Source: the human T2T-CHM13v2.0 reference genome, Homo sapiens. From it: 64,000 bases of DNA. The first letter of the stretch is position 1. Each line of letters starts with the position of its first letter. The translations under genes and the position numbers were made by a program. Under the pieces are notes generated by a model, which saw nothing but the letters and a program-made list of their open reading frames with translations, was not told the origin of the DNA and did no database searches. The stretch lies in NCBI RefSeq assembly GCF_009914755.1, contig NC_060931.1. One strand, given 5' to 3'. This document shows positions 41,601-54,993 of this stretch, piece after piece.

Positions 41601-41719
41601 CCTACTGTGGTCTGTTTGTGGTACATGCTCATTCGATGTGTGTTGAATATGCACCTTGATACAAGTGCAAAACCAATTCATTTTTAAGAGAACTCTAAAA
41701 AAGACTTTAGTAGAGTGTA

Positions 41720-42096
41720 TCCTTGTTCAAAATATTTGTTTCCCATCCCTGACAGAGGGATAGGTGAGTACATGCCCACCCTGTTGATTTCAGACTTGGT
41801 CATGCAGCGGCTTCTTTTGGCCAATGACATGTATGTGGAAATAATACATGCCACTTTTGAGTAGAAGCTTAAGATCCATCCCATCGTTCCACCATGCTTT
41901 TGTTCTCCATCTCCCCTGAGACTATTAATACCTTGATAGCTTTATTCCCTGCAGGAAAAAAAATATGGAGCAGAGCCTCATGCAACCCATGGGGAACATA
42001 TAATGGAGCAAGAAACCAGCCTCTATTAACTGCAGGCTATTGAGATGTGGGGGTAGGGTGTTACCACAGAAGAAGTTAGTCTAAGCTGACTGACAC
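41720..42096 (+). mobile_element. MaLR LTR (MLT1I/J-like)
   Basis: cttggtcatg..ttggccaatg..atgccacttttgagtagaagctt..agctgactgacac. Confidence 0.65.
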
Positions 42097-42784
42097 GGGG
42101 CCCATTTAAGACTTTTCAATAATAAACAAGCATATCCTCATCCCCTTTGCTATGCAGGGACAATCCCTGCAGCACTTATGCTGCTGGAGAGAGAAAAATG
42201 AAAACAGATGGCTGAGACTCATGTTCTTTACTACTTGCTTTCCTTAACCTTCAGCAACATGAAAAACTAATGTTCAGCAAATTAGAGAGTTTACATTTTT
42301 AAAGATAAGGAGTTGGGATTGGTACTAATTGGACTAAGTTGAAATATTTCCAAAATAAATAGAATCATTTCACAGAGTGATACTCAGGATTGAAGTTTTA
42401 TAAATATTGCAGAGAGCTTTCTGCAGTCATTAAATTTGACAAATACTTAGTGAGCAAACCCTTGGTATGCTAGATTTCATAAGGCAGGATTGTTCTGGGC
42501 TCCAAAAATAAGTCATTGCTCCGGACCTCAGGGAGCTCACAGATAGAGAAACACATGTACTACTCGTTCTAATATAATCAGATGTATGTTACGTCTGTCA
42601 GATCAATAAAGTATTATGGAATCAGAGAAGAGGACAATCATTCCTGTCAGGGTAAGGATACAGGATGTTCTTAGATGGATGGGGATGGAGAAGGATCTGC
42701 CACATTCAGGATAAAACATGAACACAAGAAGATAAGCATGAAAGTATTTTTTAAATTTGGAATAGTATAGCTCAAGCACATAGA

Positions 42785-42853
42785 GTGTGTGTGTGTGCGC
42801 GCGCACGTGTGTGTGTGCGCGTGTGTGTGTAAAACAGAGAGAGACAGAGAGAG
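42785..42853. repeat. (TG)n/(CG)n then (GA)n compound microsatellite
   Basis: gtgtgtgtgtgtgcgcgcgcacgtgtgtgtgtgcgcgtgtgtgtgt..gagaga. Confidence 0.9.
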
Positions 42854-44421
42854 AATGAGAATGTAGGTAGGGTCCTGAGGATTAAAGAGTATACACTGAA
42901 AAATCTCCCTCATTCTCCTGACCCTCCAGTTCCTTCTCTAAAGGCGAAGTTACTCATTTACTACTAACTACTAGTTAGTTACCAGTTTAGATTACAAAGA
43001 AAGTGGAAGTGGACTCTTAGAAAAATGACTGGGATGGAAGTGGCAGTCAGAATCTGACACTTTATGTTAACTAATTCCAGAGACAGTTTGCTCATATACA
43101 AGTGTATGGGTGTTTGTGTGTGTGTATATGTATGTGTGTACATATAGATCCTTTTCTCTTAACCATCCTAGAGAAATTCTAACTTATGAATGTACTATAA
43201 TGTCCTTAACTGCACTGACATACATTTAGAATGTTTTCTGTCCTTTGCTCTTATAAATAATGTTATAATTAACTCCCTTATACACATTCCTTTGCAATCA
43301 TGTGAAAATATACCTACCTGATAAATTACTAGAAATGAAAATGCTGAGTAGGAATTCGCCAGGCAAAAACAAAACAAAGGGAACAAGACAAAAGGAAGGT
43401 GCTTTCTACAAAGGCAACGGTATGCAAAACGTTACATAGCTGCCAAGAAAATGCAAACTATAGGTATGGCCAGAGACAGTGGGGAGAATGTGGCTGGAGG
43501 GATACTCCGAGGCCAGATTGTGAGGGGCCGCATCTGCAGGGCTCCTGTTTATGGAAGGCATAATGAGATTAACATTTTTTAAAAAGCAGGAATGCATAAT
43601 AAGATTAACATTTTTAAAAAAGCATTCTTGTGGAAGTGTGAAGAATGGATTGGCATGGGTAAGAAAGGGAAATCAGTTAGGATGCAGCCACAGTAATCCG
43701 GGGAGGAAATAATGAAGGCCTGGTAACCCATCTTCCTGGGCTCTGTGAAGGAAAATACCCACCTCGCTTGCTTCTTGCACTTTCCCTTTTTGGGAGACCT
43801 CAAAGGCCAGTGGTTAACATGCCTCACGGTAAAGTATCTGCCACTGAGCATGACTCAGCTATGGGATCCACCCCTGTACCCCGGAGTGGGAGAACAGTCT
43901 TCCTTCTACCAAAATGTATGTACTGACAGCTTCCACTTTTTCTATAGAAAAAGTAATTATTATAGAATTTAGGAGCTGGAAGACATGGAAATCATTTAGT
44001 CCAAAGGTCCTCAGATTATTGTCAGCCGCTTTCCATTTTTCTAAAGCCTTGTAATCACGGAGAGGTCAGAGATTGAGAAAAAAGTGGAAATGAACTCCTA
44101 AAGAAACAATTAGGGTGGAGGTTGTGAACAGAATCAGACCCTTTACTTTAAAGTACCCAAAGGGAATAGGAGGACCTGACACCATGGTGTGTTTTCCCAC
44201 CAAACATTCCAACCAAAATCCTAATGCTGGGAATTTAAGCTTAAGCACGGAGACAGTGGCAGCTCACTTGAAGACGACTTTGAGATTTGTGATCTAGAAT
44301 GTTCCAACCTATCCTGTGGGAAGATAGCACCATTTTATACCTGATTAAACCAAAATGTAAACAAATTAAACCACTCACCTCAAATTCAAGCAGTTAATTG
44401 GTGACAGGCCAAATACGAAAA

Positions 44422-44610
44422 CAGGTTCTCAAATTTCAGCATGCATCAGAATCACCTGGAGTGCCTGTTAAAACCTAGATTTCTGGGCCCCATCTCCAAA
44501 GTTTCCGATTCAAAGTGGAGAGAGTGAGAATCAATAATGTATTAAATACATTTCTAACAAGTTCCCTGCTGACTCTGATGCTTCTGATCACACTTAGAGA
44601 AACAATCTAC
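44422..44610 (+). mobile_element. MER5A DNA transposon
   Basis: ggttctcaaatttcagcatgcatcagaatcacctggag..catttctaacaagttccc..cacacttagagaa. Confidence 0.8.
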
Positions 44611-45019
44611 TACAACAATGCCACCCTTCATGTGGTAGTTACGTTGCCTATAGAATGTATATAGACATATATATGGTCCTCTACAATAAAGTATTTCTAG
44701 GTTTTTTAAATTTAAAATATTGAGACAAATATATTGCAACATTTACAGTAAACTCCCATGTCTCTATATCTCTAAAACCCAATAGATTAATATTAACTCA
44801 CTAATAACTACAAAACCAACAGGTAAATGTATCAAAGTTATGCCAGATGTTTCAATTTCTAGAGTTCTACTTCAGGGATCTAAAACCACCAAAAATAAGA
44901 TTATATAACTTAAAAATTATTTTACCTTTGTTTCTTTAAATAATCTATGAGAATGAGTAGAACTAAAAGGCAAATCACAAACTGAAGATATATTTGATCT
45001 AAATATGACACGACATTAA

Positions 45020-45356
<337 letters not shown>

Positions 45357-47031
45357 TAATACCATTTTTTAAAATGGACAATTCTGGAATAGCTTTTACA
45401 AAAGGAAATAAAAGGATAATAAATGCATAAAATATTCATTCTTTTAGCAATGAAAATAATACAAACTAAAACAACAATAAGAATTTTTTTCACCTTTCAT
45501 ATTAGCAAAGATTAAAATGATTTGAATACTCATTAGTGGCTTACTCTACAGTGAAATTTTCGTACATCGCTGGGGAACTTTCATTATCATAACCTCCTTG
45601 ATTTCCTTCCACTTTATTGTTAAGGATGTTGCAGGTTTTAATAAAAAATAGGCATTATTTTTTGAAAGTCATGTGAGAATACTAGGGCTCAGGAACATTA
45701 TAAAGCTAGGAGTCATTTCAATTACCATCATGCAGTAAACATTCTCTTGATTTTAATGATAGCTGTATTAGATTTAGAATTCAGGCTTCATTTACATAAT
45801 CCTCAAAAGACGGCCCCAGAAATCCATTAAAGGTCACCTTACTTTCCCATACATAAACCAAATTCTAATCTGTTCATTGGTCTCCTCAAAAGCATATTCC
45901 AGGGTTTTGTAAAGCTTACTGCTTATTATACTTTCATCTCAAATAGAAAATCTTTCCATTTTGGCTTTCCATCCTACTAAACTCCATTCCAGTATGTATT
46001 ACTCACTCCTCTTCATGTTACAGTAAAAGATTAAATAGTCGTTTACTTTTTGATGTATGTAAAATTGAAATCTAGGCTTCAGAAGTATTCTTTGGAAGTA
46101 TCAGTACACCTAGAGCTGAAGCAGCGTGGGATGCAGCAATTTTCACTGTCTGCTCCTGGCTTCATATTAAAATCAGGTATCACACAGTGGTCAGGGAATA
46201 TAATTTATTTGTGTAATAAACAAAGTAGAAAATCTCTTTGATTCCCAGATGTCCAGTTGCAGAGCCCAAAGTTAATGACTTGCTGCTCTCCATACCCCAA
46301 ATATACAGGTTTCACTACACAATTTACTCTTCTGAAAGAAAATATCAACAACTGTCAGCCCCCTAATAAGGAAAAACATTTAATCATTTTCACTCAAATT
46401 CTCATTTGAATCCCAACCAGGAGGATGATCAATTTCAAAATCTGATTAGTTCTGCTGAGGAGAACCATTCAGACTCTCATGCAAGATTACTTTGCAGAAG
46501 AAAACTAGAGATACTTTTTTTAAAAAATAGAAATCTATCATTAATATTTCTTTCAATAAACATTTTCCAACTCTATAAAACAGCAAACAGATTTTAGTTT
46601 CATATCAACATTTAAATATGGAAATAATTACTGCTTGTTCCTGACACTATTACATACATAGGTATCACTCACAATGTGTTAGATAATATTTGAATATTTT
46701 CTATAACAATGAATGAATTGAGGAATTAAATTGCTTTTTTAAAAGTTATTAGCTCCATTTTCTCTCTACTATTGGTTTGGTCCAGCACAGTCAGAGCAAG
46801 CTAAAATAGCCACCAAAACATAACTGGAGTTGGGCTGGGCTTATAAAAGAAGCTATAAATAACATGGAATAGTATTCTGATACAGAATTTTCTCAACTGC
46901 AGCTATTCCTTTTGTGTTAAGAAGAAACTGTTTGGGCAATGAAATTTAGTATTCTTTTTTGTGAGCTTTGTCACTGCTCTCCAGTTAAGGTGCTATGCAG
47001 TGTTCTTGTAGTATAATAGCTCTTCCCCCTT

Positions 47032-47588
47032 GTGATATTAATTTTAGGTGCCAATTTAACTGGATTAAAAATTACTAAGAGAACTGGTAAAGGTTTATTT
47101 CTGAGTGTGTCTCTGCAGGTGTTTCCAGAAGAGATTGGCTTTGAGTCAGTGAACTAAGTGGGGTGAATCCACCCTCAACGTGGACGGGCATCATCCAATG
47201 AGCTGGGGGCTTGGATGTAACACAAATGCAATTTCCTCTCTCTCCTAGAGCTAGGATATACTCTTCTCCTGTCCTTCAACAACAGAACTCCAGGCTCTTT
47301 GGCATTTGCACCCCACAACTTACACCACTGCTCCCCTGCCCCCACCAGGTTCTCAGGCCTCTGGCCTCAGATTGAGAGTTACACCGTTGGCTTCCCTTGT
47401 TTTGAGACATTTCGGCTTAGACTGAGCCATGCTATGGGCACTTCAGGGTCTCCAGCTTGCAGGTGGCCTGTTATGGCAGTTCTCAGCCTCCATAATCACA
47501 TGAGCCAATTCTCCTAATAAATCCCCTCTCATATATCTGTACATCATATATATGTATTGGTTTTGTCTCTCTGAAGAACTCTAGTATA
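47032..47588 (+). mobile_element. ERVL LTR (MLT2B-like)
   Basis: tgtgatattaattttaggtg..gtgtttccagaagagattggc..tgagccaattctcctaataaatcccct. Confidence 0.8.
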
Positions 47589-47847
47589 TCCATCCAACTT
47601 AAGACATATATCTTCATGGTCTAGGTGTACCCATGTGGTTTCTAGCAATTCAGGAAAATCTCACTTAAATTAACAACTCAATATTTTCTCTTTTGTTGCT
47701 CTCTGCCTCAACCAATATATAACTAACAAATCCATGGCTTTTAGACTAATTCCTCTCTTCTGTTTAAACTGTTGGCCAAGACTAAAAATAAGTTTTGTAT
47801 TTCCTACTGATTTCCAAGTTAAGGAAATGAAAGTAGATAATATAGCC

Positions 47848-48063
47848 CACAGGTCAGCAAAACTACAGCCTATGGACCAAATCTAGTCCAACATCTGTTT
47901 TTGTACATAAACTTTTATTGGGAATTTATTTATTTTATGTGTTGCCTATGGTTGTTTTCATGCTACAATATCAGAGTTGAATAGATTTCTCAGATAGTAT
48001 GGCCTGCAAAACCAAGCCTATATACTGTCTGTCTTTTTAAAGAGAAAGTATGCTGATCTCTGC
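47848..48063 (+). mobile_element. MER58A hAT-Charlie MITE
   Basis: ggtcagcaaaactacagcctatggaccaaatc..tgtttttgtacataaacttttattgg. Confidence 0.75.
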
Positions 48064-48371
48064 TGCAGAGACAAGAAAAAAATATTAAAAAAACAATAAG
48101 TGCAATTTCTTGCCAACACGTCGCAATATGCAGGAAGAAGCAGGTTAAGATTAGAAAGATACAGTAGATAGCATTTGAGTACTTCCATGGAAAGTTTTAA
48201 AAGTATTTACACTAGAAGTCTAACACCCACCATTATGCAATATACCCATGTAAGAAACAAGCACATATACCCTATGAATCTAAAATAAAAATTTTTAAAT
48301 CCCCTGAATAATGAGGGAAAAAAGTGTTTTTGTATACTTTTGCTTATGTTGCAGGCTGCATGAAATCATTG

Positions 48372-49178
48372 CAAAAACCACTGTCATGAAGCTATTTCAC
48401 TACGTTTCTTTCTAGACGTTGCACATTTTCAGGTCTTACTTTTTAATCTAATCAACTTTGAGTTGATTTTTTGTGTGGTGTAAGATAAAGGTACAATTTC
48501 ATTCTTCTGTGTCTGGATATCCAGGTTTTTTCAACATCATTTGTTAAAGAGACTGACTTTTCCCCATTGTGTATTCTTGGCACCCTTCTCAAAGATCAAT
48601 TGACTGTATATGCATGGGTTTCTCTCAGTGTCTCTATTCTGTTTCATTGGTCTATAGGTATGTTTCTATGCCAGTACCATATTGTTGTAATTACTGTAGC
48701 TTTGTAACATATTTTGAAATCAGAAAATATGTTGCCTCCAATTTTGTTATTCTTTGTCAAGAAGAAAAGGATATACTGTTGTTTGGGTTATTCAGGGTAC
48801 ACTGTTGGTTAGAATGCAAAGTGGTTCAGCTTCTATGGAAAACACTATGGAGGTTCTTCAAAAAATTAAAAATAGAACTACCATATATGATCCAGCAATT
48901 CTACTTTTGGATATATATCCAAAAAAATTAAAATGAGAATATCAAAGAAATATTAGCCTTCCCATGTTCTTTGCAACATTCTTCACAATAGCCAAGATAT
49001 AGAATCAACTTACTGACAATGAGGGGTAGAATGATATAGTAATGGTGTGTTATACTTGGAGTAGCATGACAGGAAGTGCAGTCCCAGCTCTGTTCCTTAC
49101 AAAGCTGTTGAGTTCTATGAGTTTGATGTATTTTTAACCATTTCCGTAGACAGATGAATGGATACACAAAATGTGGCA

Positions 49179-49216
<38 letters not shown>

Positions 49217-49645
49217 TGCACCAAGTTCATGTATATATATGCCAAATATATATATATATGAACTTCAAATATTTTTCAAGTATTAGTAAAAGGGAATCCT
49301 GTCACATGCAACAACATGAATGAACCTCGACAGTATTATGCTGAGTTAAGCCAGTTACAGAGGGACAAACACTGCATGATCCCACTTACATGAAGTATCT
49401 AAACCACTCAAACTCATAGAAACAGAGAGTAGAAGGGGGTTACCAGGAGCTGGGGGAGGTGGTGATGGGGAGTTGGTAATCAATGAGTATAAAATTAGGT
49501 TAAGCAAGATGAATAAGTTCTAGAGATCTCTGTACAACATTGTGCCTATAGTAAACAATACTGTATTGCACATTTAAAAATCTTTCAAGAGGGTAGATCT
49601 CATATAAAGTATTGAAATCACAATAAAAAAATTAAATTAAAAAAA
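48372..49645. mobile_element. L1MA-type element with 5' inversion (minus 48372-~48798, plus ~48799-49645)
   Basis: ORF 48569-48931 is a chimera: antisense L1, then HCWLECKVVQLLWKTLWRFFKKLKIELPY (sense ORF2). L1MA 3'UTR with aataaa tail. Confidence 0.8.
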
Positions 49646-49874
49646 CTTTTAATTTGTTTGTTTCTTCCAACTTTACAATTTACAAAATTTAGAGCTATTC
49701 ATTAACCTGGGAGAACATTCATATTATTTCAACAATCATAACAAAAATTTGATAATCTAAAATAGGCAAGGCATTCTGTTAAGCTCTGAAGAAGCCAAAC
49801 GGAAAATTAGTCAATAATAAATTAAATGTTCATTGTGTGTTAAAGCTCACAAAGTATTGCTGCATGTATATATG

Positions 49875-49924
49875 GTGTGTGTGTGTGTGTGTGTGTATGT
49901 GTGTGTGTGTATACATATATATAT
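49875..49924. repeat. (TG)n/(TA)n microsatellite
   Basis: Visible run. Confidence 0.9.
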
Positions 49925-50620
49925 TTAATTTTATTTGGTCTTCAAAATAATCCAGAAAATAGAGAGATACAAATACATCAAACTCAGAAATCAATAACTT
50001 TGCCAAGGTTACACAGCTTTGTATGGAACACAGCAGGGACTGAACTTCCTATTGCCTTACTCCAAGCATAATAACACCATCTACTATATCATGCTATTCT
50101 TCATTGTCCATAAACAGCTAAAAAATCTTTTATACACTTTTTTAATAAAAATGTAAAAGCATCCATAACTAATTAAATCAATAACTTGAATGTATCTGTT
50201 CCCTACATAAAATTCTTCCTCCCAATATCTTAAAAGAGAAACCCCGGTCAACGTTAAGTTAAACAAGGTTAACTGAAGTTGCACAAAAATAGAAGAGCTG
50301 TTTCTTAATATTAAGTAACTGTTCAGGCTGAAATATTCAAGACTCTTTCTGACATGCTTCTGAAGCTCAGCTAAAAACAGTGGGTATTTTAAAAGACAAT
50401 TTGTAAGCTTCTTACTGAGATAATTATACTTACATGTCCTTTCCAAATACTTGACAGACTTACATTACCATTGACAGAGAAAAAAAACATAAATTAATAT
50501 TTAGATCAAAGGAAGGTACAAAAGTTACTGTTTCTCTATATCACTACTTGGAGTTCATACCTTTAGAAAGTTATGCTACTAAGAGATGTAATTGAGCCAG
50601 CAGTAAAGAAGGCTAATTAA

Positions 50621-50760
50621 CCCATTTATGCTAGAGTTTGCGATTTTTTGAATTTTTGCATGAGTGAAAAATCAGACGTTGGCAATAACCTTCAGGAGTA
50701 GTACATAAAAAACTCCCACACATTTAGCATTCCAATAATGGAACACTGGGCATAAGTGGG
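50621..50760 (-). mobile_element. MER85 piggyBac (PGBD3-derived) MITE, complete
   Basis: Exactly 140 bp, TTAA on both sides (50617-50620, 50761-50764), TIRs cccatttatgc / gcataagtggg, internal palindrome ttccaataatggaa. Confidence 0.93.
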
Positions 50761-51511
50761 TTAATACACAAATGCACTAACCAGCTCCAAGTGTGATCTG
50801 CTTCCTGCTAGGAAACACCAGACTCCAAAGGAGAACTTCATAATGTCCATCTGTATTGGGGGAAAAGCTGAGGTTCATGGTAGAACTAAGGAGTAATGTT
50901 CCAAAGCCAGTCCAAGAAGTGGGAAAGAAGTTTTGTCAAAAGTATCAAAAGTTAGAAACTGATTACCATCTTCAGATAGAGGCATGGAGATGTGGATAAG
51001 GATAAAGCTGGATTAGTCATCCTGCTAGGCTCTGTGTTGAAGAGATTCTTCCTATTTAAGCTAAGTCAATGTGTTTCCCATCTTAGGTACCTCAGTTATT
51101 TTAGCCCATGGACTACCTAGAGAGGACATGATGGTTCTAATATTTCATTTTAGATATAGTGAGTTTAATATAAAAAATATTGAATAATGAGGACACTATT
51201 CAATATTCATTCTCCTTCCCTTACTTTTCTGTACATTTGTCTAGATCACATATCATTGCTACCCAATAATATAGTCATGATATCTTGGTGTATGCTACTG
51301 CTAGTACGATTCCAAGACTTACTAAGCAGGCAATTCTGGAATTGTCATGTCTTCCAATACCTACCTAGAAAAGGTATGCTAGTGTAACAGATATGGGGAA
51401 CTCCCCACAGATAAACATCTGATTCCTTAGAAATATATTTCAAGTGCATATTTTCATTTTGGAATATTCAAGATAAAATCTGGTATAAAATCAACATTTT
51501 TCTAATCTTTT

Positions 51512-52352
51512 TTTATATACTTTAAGTTCTGGGGTACATGTGCTGAATGGGCAGTTTTGTTACATAGGTATATACATGCCATGGTGGTTTGCTGCAACCA
51601 TCAGCCCATCACCTACATTAGTTATTTCTCCTAGTGCTGTCCCTCTCCTTGTCCCCCACCCCCCGACAGGCCCCAGTGTGTGATGTTCCCCTCCCCTGTA
51701 TCCATGTGTTCTCATTGTTCAGCCACCACTTAATGAGTGAGAACATGCGGTGTTTGGTTTTCGGTTCTTGTGTTAGTTTGCTGAGAATGATGGTTTCCAG
51801 CTTCATCCATGTCCCTGCAAAGGACATGAACTCATCCTTTTTTATGGCTGCATAGCATTCCATGGTGTATATGTGCCACATTTTCTTAATTCAGTCTATC
51901 ATTGATGGGCATTTAGGTTGGTTCCAAGTCTTTGCTATTGTAAATAGTGCCACAATAAACATATATGTGCATGTGTCTTTACAGTAGAATGATCCATAAT
52001 CCTTTGGGTATATACCCAGGAATGGGATTGCAGGTCAAATAGTATTTCTGGTTCTAGATCCTTCAGGAATCGCCACACTGTCTACCACAATGGTTGAACT
52101 AATTTACACTCCCACCAACAGTGTAAAAGCATTTCTATTTCTCCACATCCTCTCCAGCATCTGTTGTTTCCTGACTTTTTAATGATCGCCATTCTAAGTG
52201 ACGTGAGATGGTATCTCATTGTGGTTTTTACTTGCATTTCTCTGATGACCAGTGATGATGAGCTTTTTTCACATGTTTGTTGGCTGCATAAATGTCTTCT
52301 TTTGAGAAGTGTCTGTTCATATCCTTCGCCCACTTTTTGATGGTGTTGTTTG
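51512..52352 (-). mobile_element. L1PA (PA7/PA8-like) 5'-truncated, ~840 bp
   Basis: ORF2 end [13 protein letters not shown] and 3'UTR. TSD ctaatctttt (51502-51511 / 52354-52363). Confidence 0.93.
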
Positions 52353-52839
52353 CCTAATCTTTTCAGTGTGACATAGACTAGAAGAATATATACCAGACAT
52401 ATGTCTGGAGGTGTGATTAGCGAGAGAGAAATGAGACCTTTTCTTTTTATGTTTTATGCTTTAGTGTTGTTTGAATTTTCCCTACTAAGCACACATTATT
52501 TTTGCAATTAAGAAGGAGGCTACAGATCTCCTTCTCATCTGAAACTCCTACACAAAATTTGTCTCCAACACAGCTGGGCCACTCAGGCCCACCAGATGTT
52601 CCTGCTAAGCTCCAGGGGTTTTAGTGCATCTTCATAGTGGCAATTCTCTTGTTATATTCCTTTTCTTTTGTTGCCTTTGTTGTCTTTCCACCAGACTATA
52701 AACTTTAAAAGGGCAAGAATTAATCTTTGGCTTTTAATATTTATAATCCCAGAGACAGGAACAGTGTTTAACACACAGGAAATATTCAAGGCACTCAATA
52801 AATCATGATTAAATCACAACAAAAACTATCGCTATCTGA

Positions 52840-53060
52840 TACTTACTGAACACATTTAAGAGCCAGGCACTGTGTTAACCAAATTATACCCATTATTTCA
52901 TATAATTCTCAAGAAAGCACCGTGGAGTATACACTATTACAATTTCCATTTTATTGATGAGGAAGATTTAATTTACAGAGTTAAGTAATTTGCCAAAGTG
53001 GCAAAGCTGGGATCTGAACCAAGGCAGTTTGAGTTCATAGTTTGTGCTCATGGCTTCTAC
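52840..53060 (-). mobile_element. MIR
   Basis: gccaggcactgtg..ccattttattgatgagg..gttaagtaatttgccaaag..gggatctgaaccaaggcag. Confidence 0.75.
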
Positions 53061-54865
53061 ATCACACCAAATAAATAACTAGGCACAAATAAATAAACAT
53101 GCAAGATTTTCATAGCTAAAGATGAACTCTATTCACGAGAGATAGGTGGACTAAGGTAGAAAATAAAACCATTCAAGGAAACCACTGACAGGGGTGGGGA
53201 GAGTATCACAAAAATAGGTGTCACCATTATTGGAAAAAGCAATTCAATCTAAATGGCCTAATGACTTTCTACAGCTGTCACACATGAAAGCGTATGCCCT
53301 ATGTTTGATGTATTGCCTCCAGAAACCTCCCTATACTGCTAAACTGTTTACACAAATAATGCGTTTTTTAATCGACATTTTTCACATTTATTAATCTTGA
53401 TATAAAATCAAGATTCTATATGTAATCTTAAATATATGTAAAGAGACTATATATGAACTTAAGGTGACTATCTCTCTGGTGATTAGAAACAAATACCTAT
53501 TGCTAAGACATACAGTTTTTATTAACAATTCCATTTTTATTCACTGATACAGCAATAGTATGGAAAATAATCCACCTACAACTTTAGAAAAGAAAGAAAT
53601 ATTTCCATAAAGGTATAGGTTGTCTACTAATCTATGATTCTTCAGTAAGGAAAAATTATAATTCTTTAACAAGAAAAAGGTAAGAATATCCATAATACAC
53701 TAATAATTTCTAGAGGTAACATCAGAGGGATACTGATGATTTTTCACAAATGGCTCTTATTTGGTGACAACTAAACCCTTGTACAGAGCCTAAGACATTT
53801 AATTGTACTGCTCAATCCCTTGTCTATTAAACAGCAGCATTGGTCAGACCCCAAGCAGTAAAGACAGGTGTACAATACTATTTTAATTTGGGAAAATTCA
53901 GTGTTCAAATTAAACCAGGCTAAAGGGCTTCAAAGATTTCTGAACACCTTCTGCTCAAGCTACCAACAACTCAGAAACAGTGTACAAATACCCTCTGTCC
54001 TCAAAAGAACCACCTACTGGACTCCCATTTGAGAACTATAAAATAAAACTCTTAGCTGCCATGCTCTAAAACATTTTACTCATCAAATATTTAACAGGGT
54101 CCTGGACATGAGTTTCTTTTCATATCTCCCTCCTTTCAGGACAGAAACCATCTCTAATTATTAATCTACCAAAAAATGACATAAATGAATGCATGATCTT
54201 CAAGAAGAAGAGAGCCATATGGATACATTGGCTTCTATTATTCAGAGCTACTGCACCAATCATTAAAAAAAAAGAATTTATTAAACAAGCATCATTTGTA
54301 GTTTTACTGGGGAAAACTCAATTTAGTTCTGTTTTTCTTCCTATAAAGATTCATCGTTTGCTGGAACCTAATATGATTCAACCAGCTATGATAGGCTAAT
54401 ATTGATTTCCACATCTTCAATAGTACATTTAAAATCAACAGGCTTTGAAATGTTCAATTTCTAGTGACAAATGGATTTTTTTGCTAATACCAGAAAGTTG
54501 TTTTTAATAAATTAGGGTATTTTGACATTTTACAATATAGTCCTTAGACTCAAAGACAAATTGTCATTTAAATATTTTGCAGTGAGAGAAGACTCATGAT
54601 TCTCTATTTCCGATTAGTCTGCAATATCAATACTAGTTAAAGAAAGCCTTGTGCTGTACTCACCAGCACAAAATGACTGCGTCATGAGCAGTACACACTT
54701 CTTGACAACAGCATCGATCCTCCCCTGCCTGATTCCTCCCTGGAGCCAAGAAGTGATTCTGTTTTCTCTGAATACTTCTTGGAATTCTCCTGAACAGTCA
54801 GGCCCATGAACTAAACAAAATCCAATTATGTGAAGTGATTTATAAAGCAGATTACATTTCTTTAG

Positions 54866-54993
54866 TAGGGCAACCATTTGTTTCTGCTTGTTTTGGCAGT
54901 CCCAGTTTACATTAACTCCCTCATGTAACAGTAAATTCATCTTTTTTCACTCTCAAAGTGTCCTAGTTTAGATGATAAGTTATATGGTCATCT
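54866..54993 (-). mobile_element. MER94-like hAT-Blackjack MITE
   Basis: tttcactctcaaagtgtcctagtttagatgataagttatatggtca. Confidence 0.7.
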
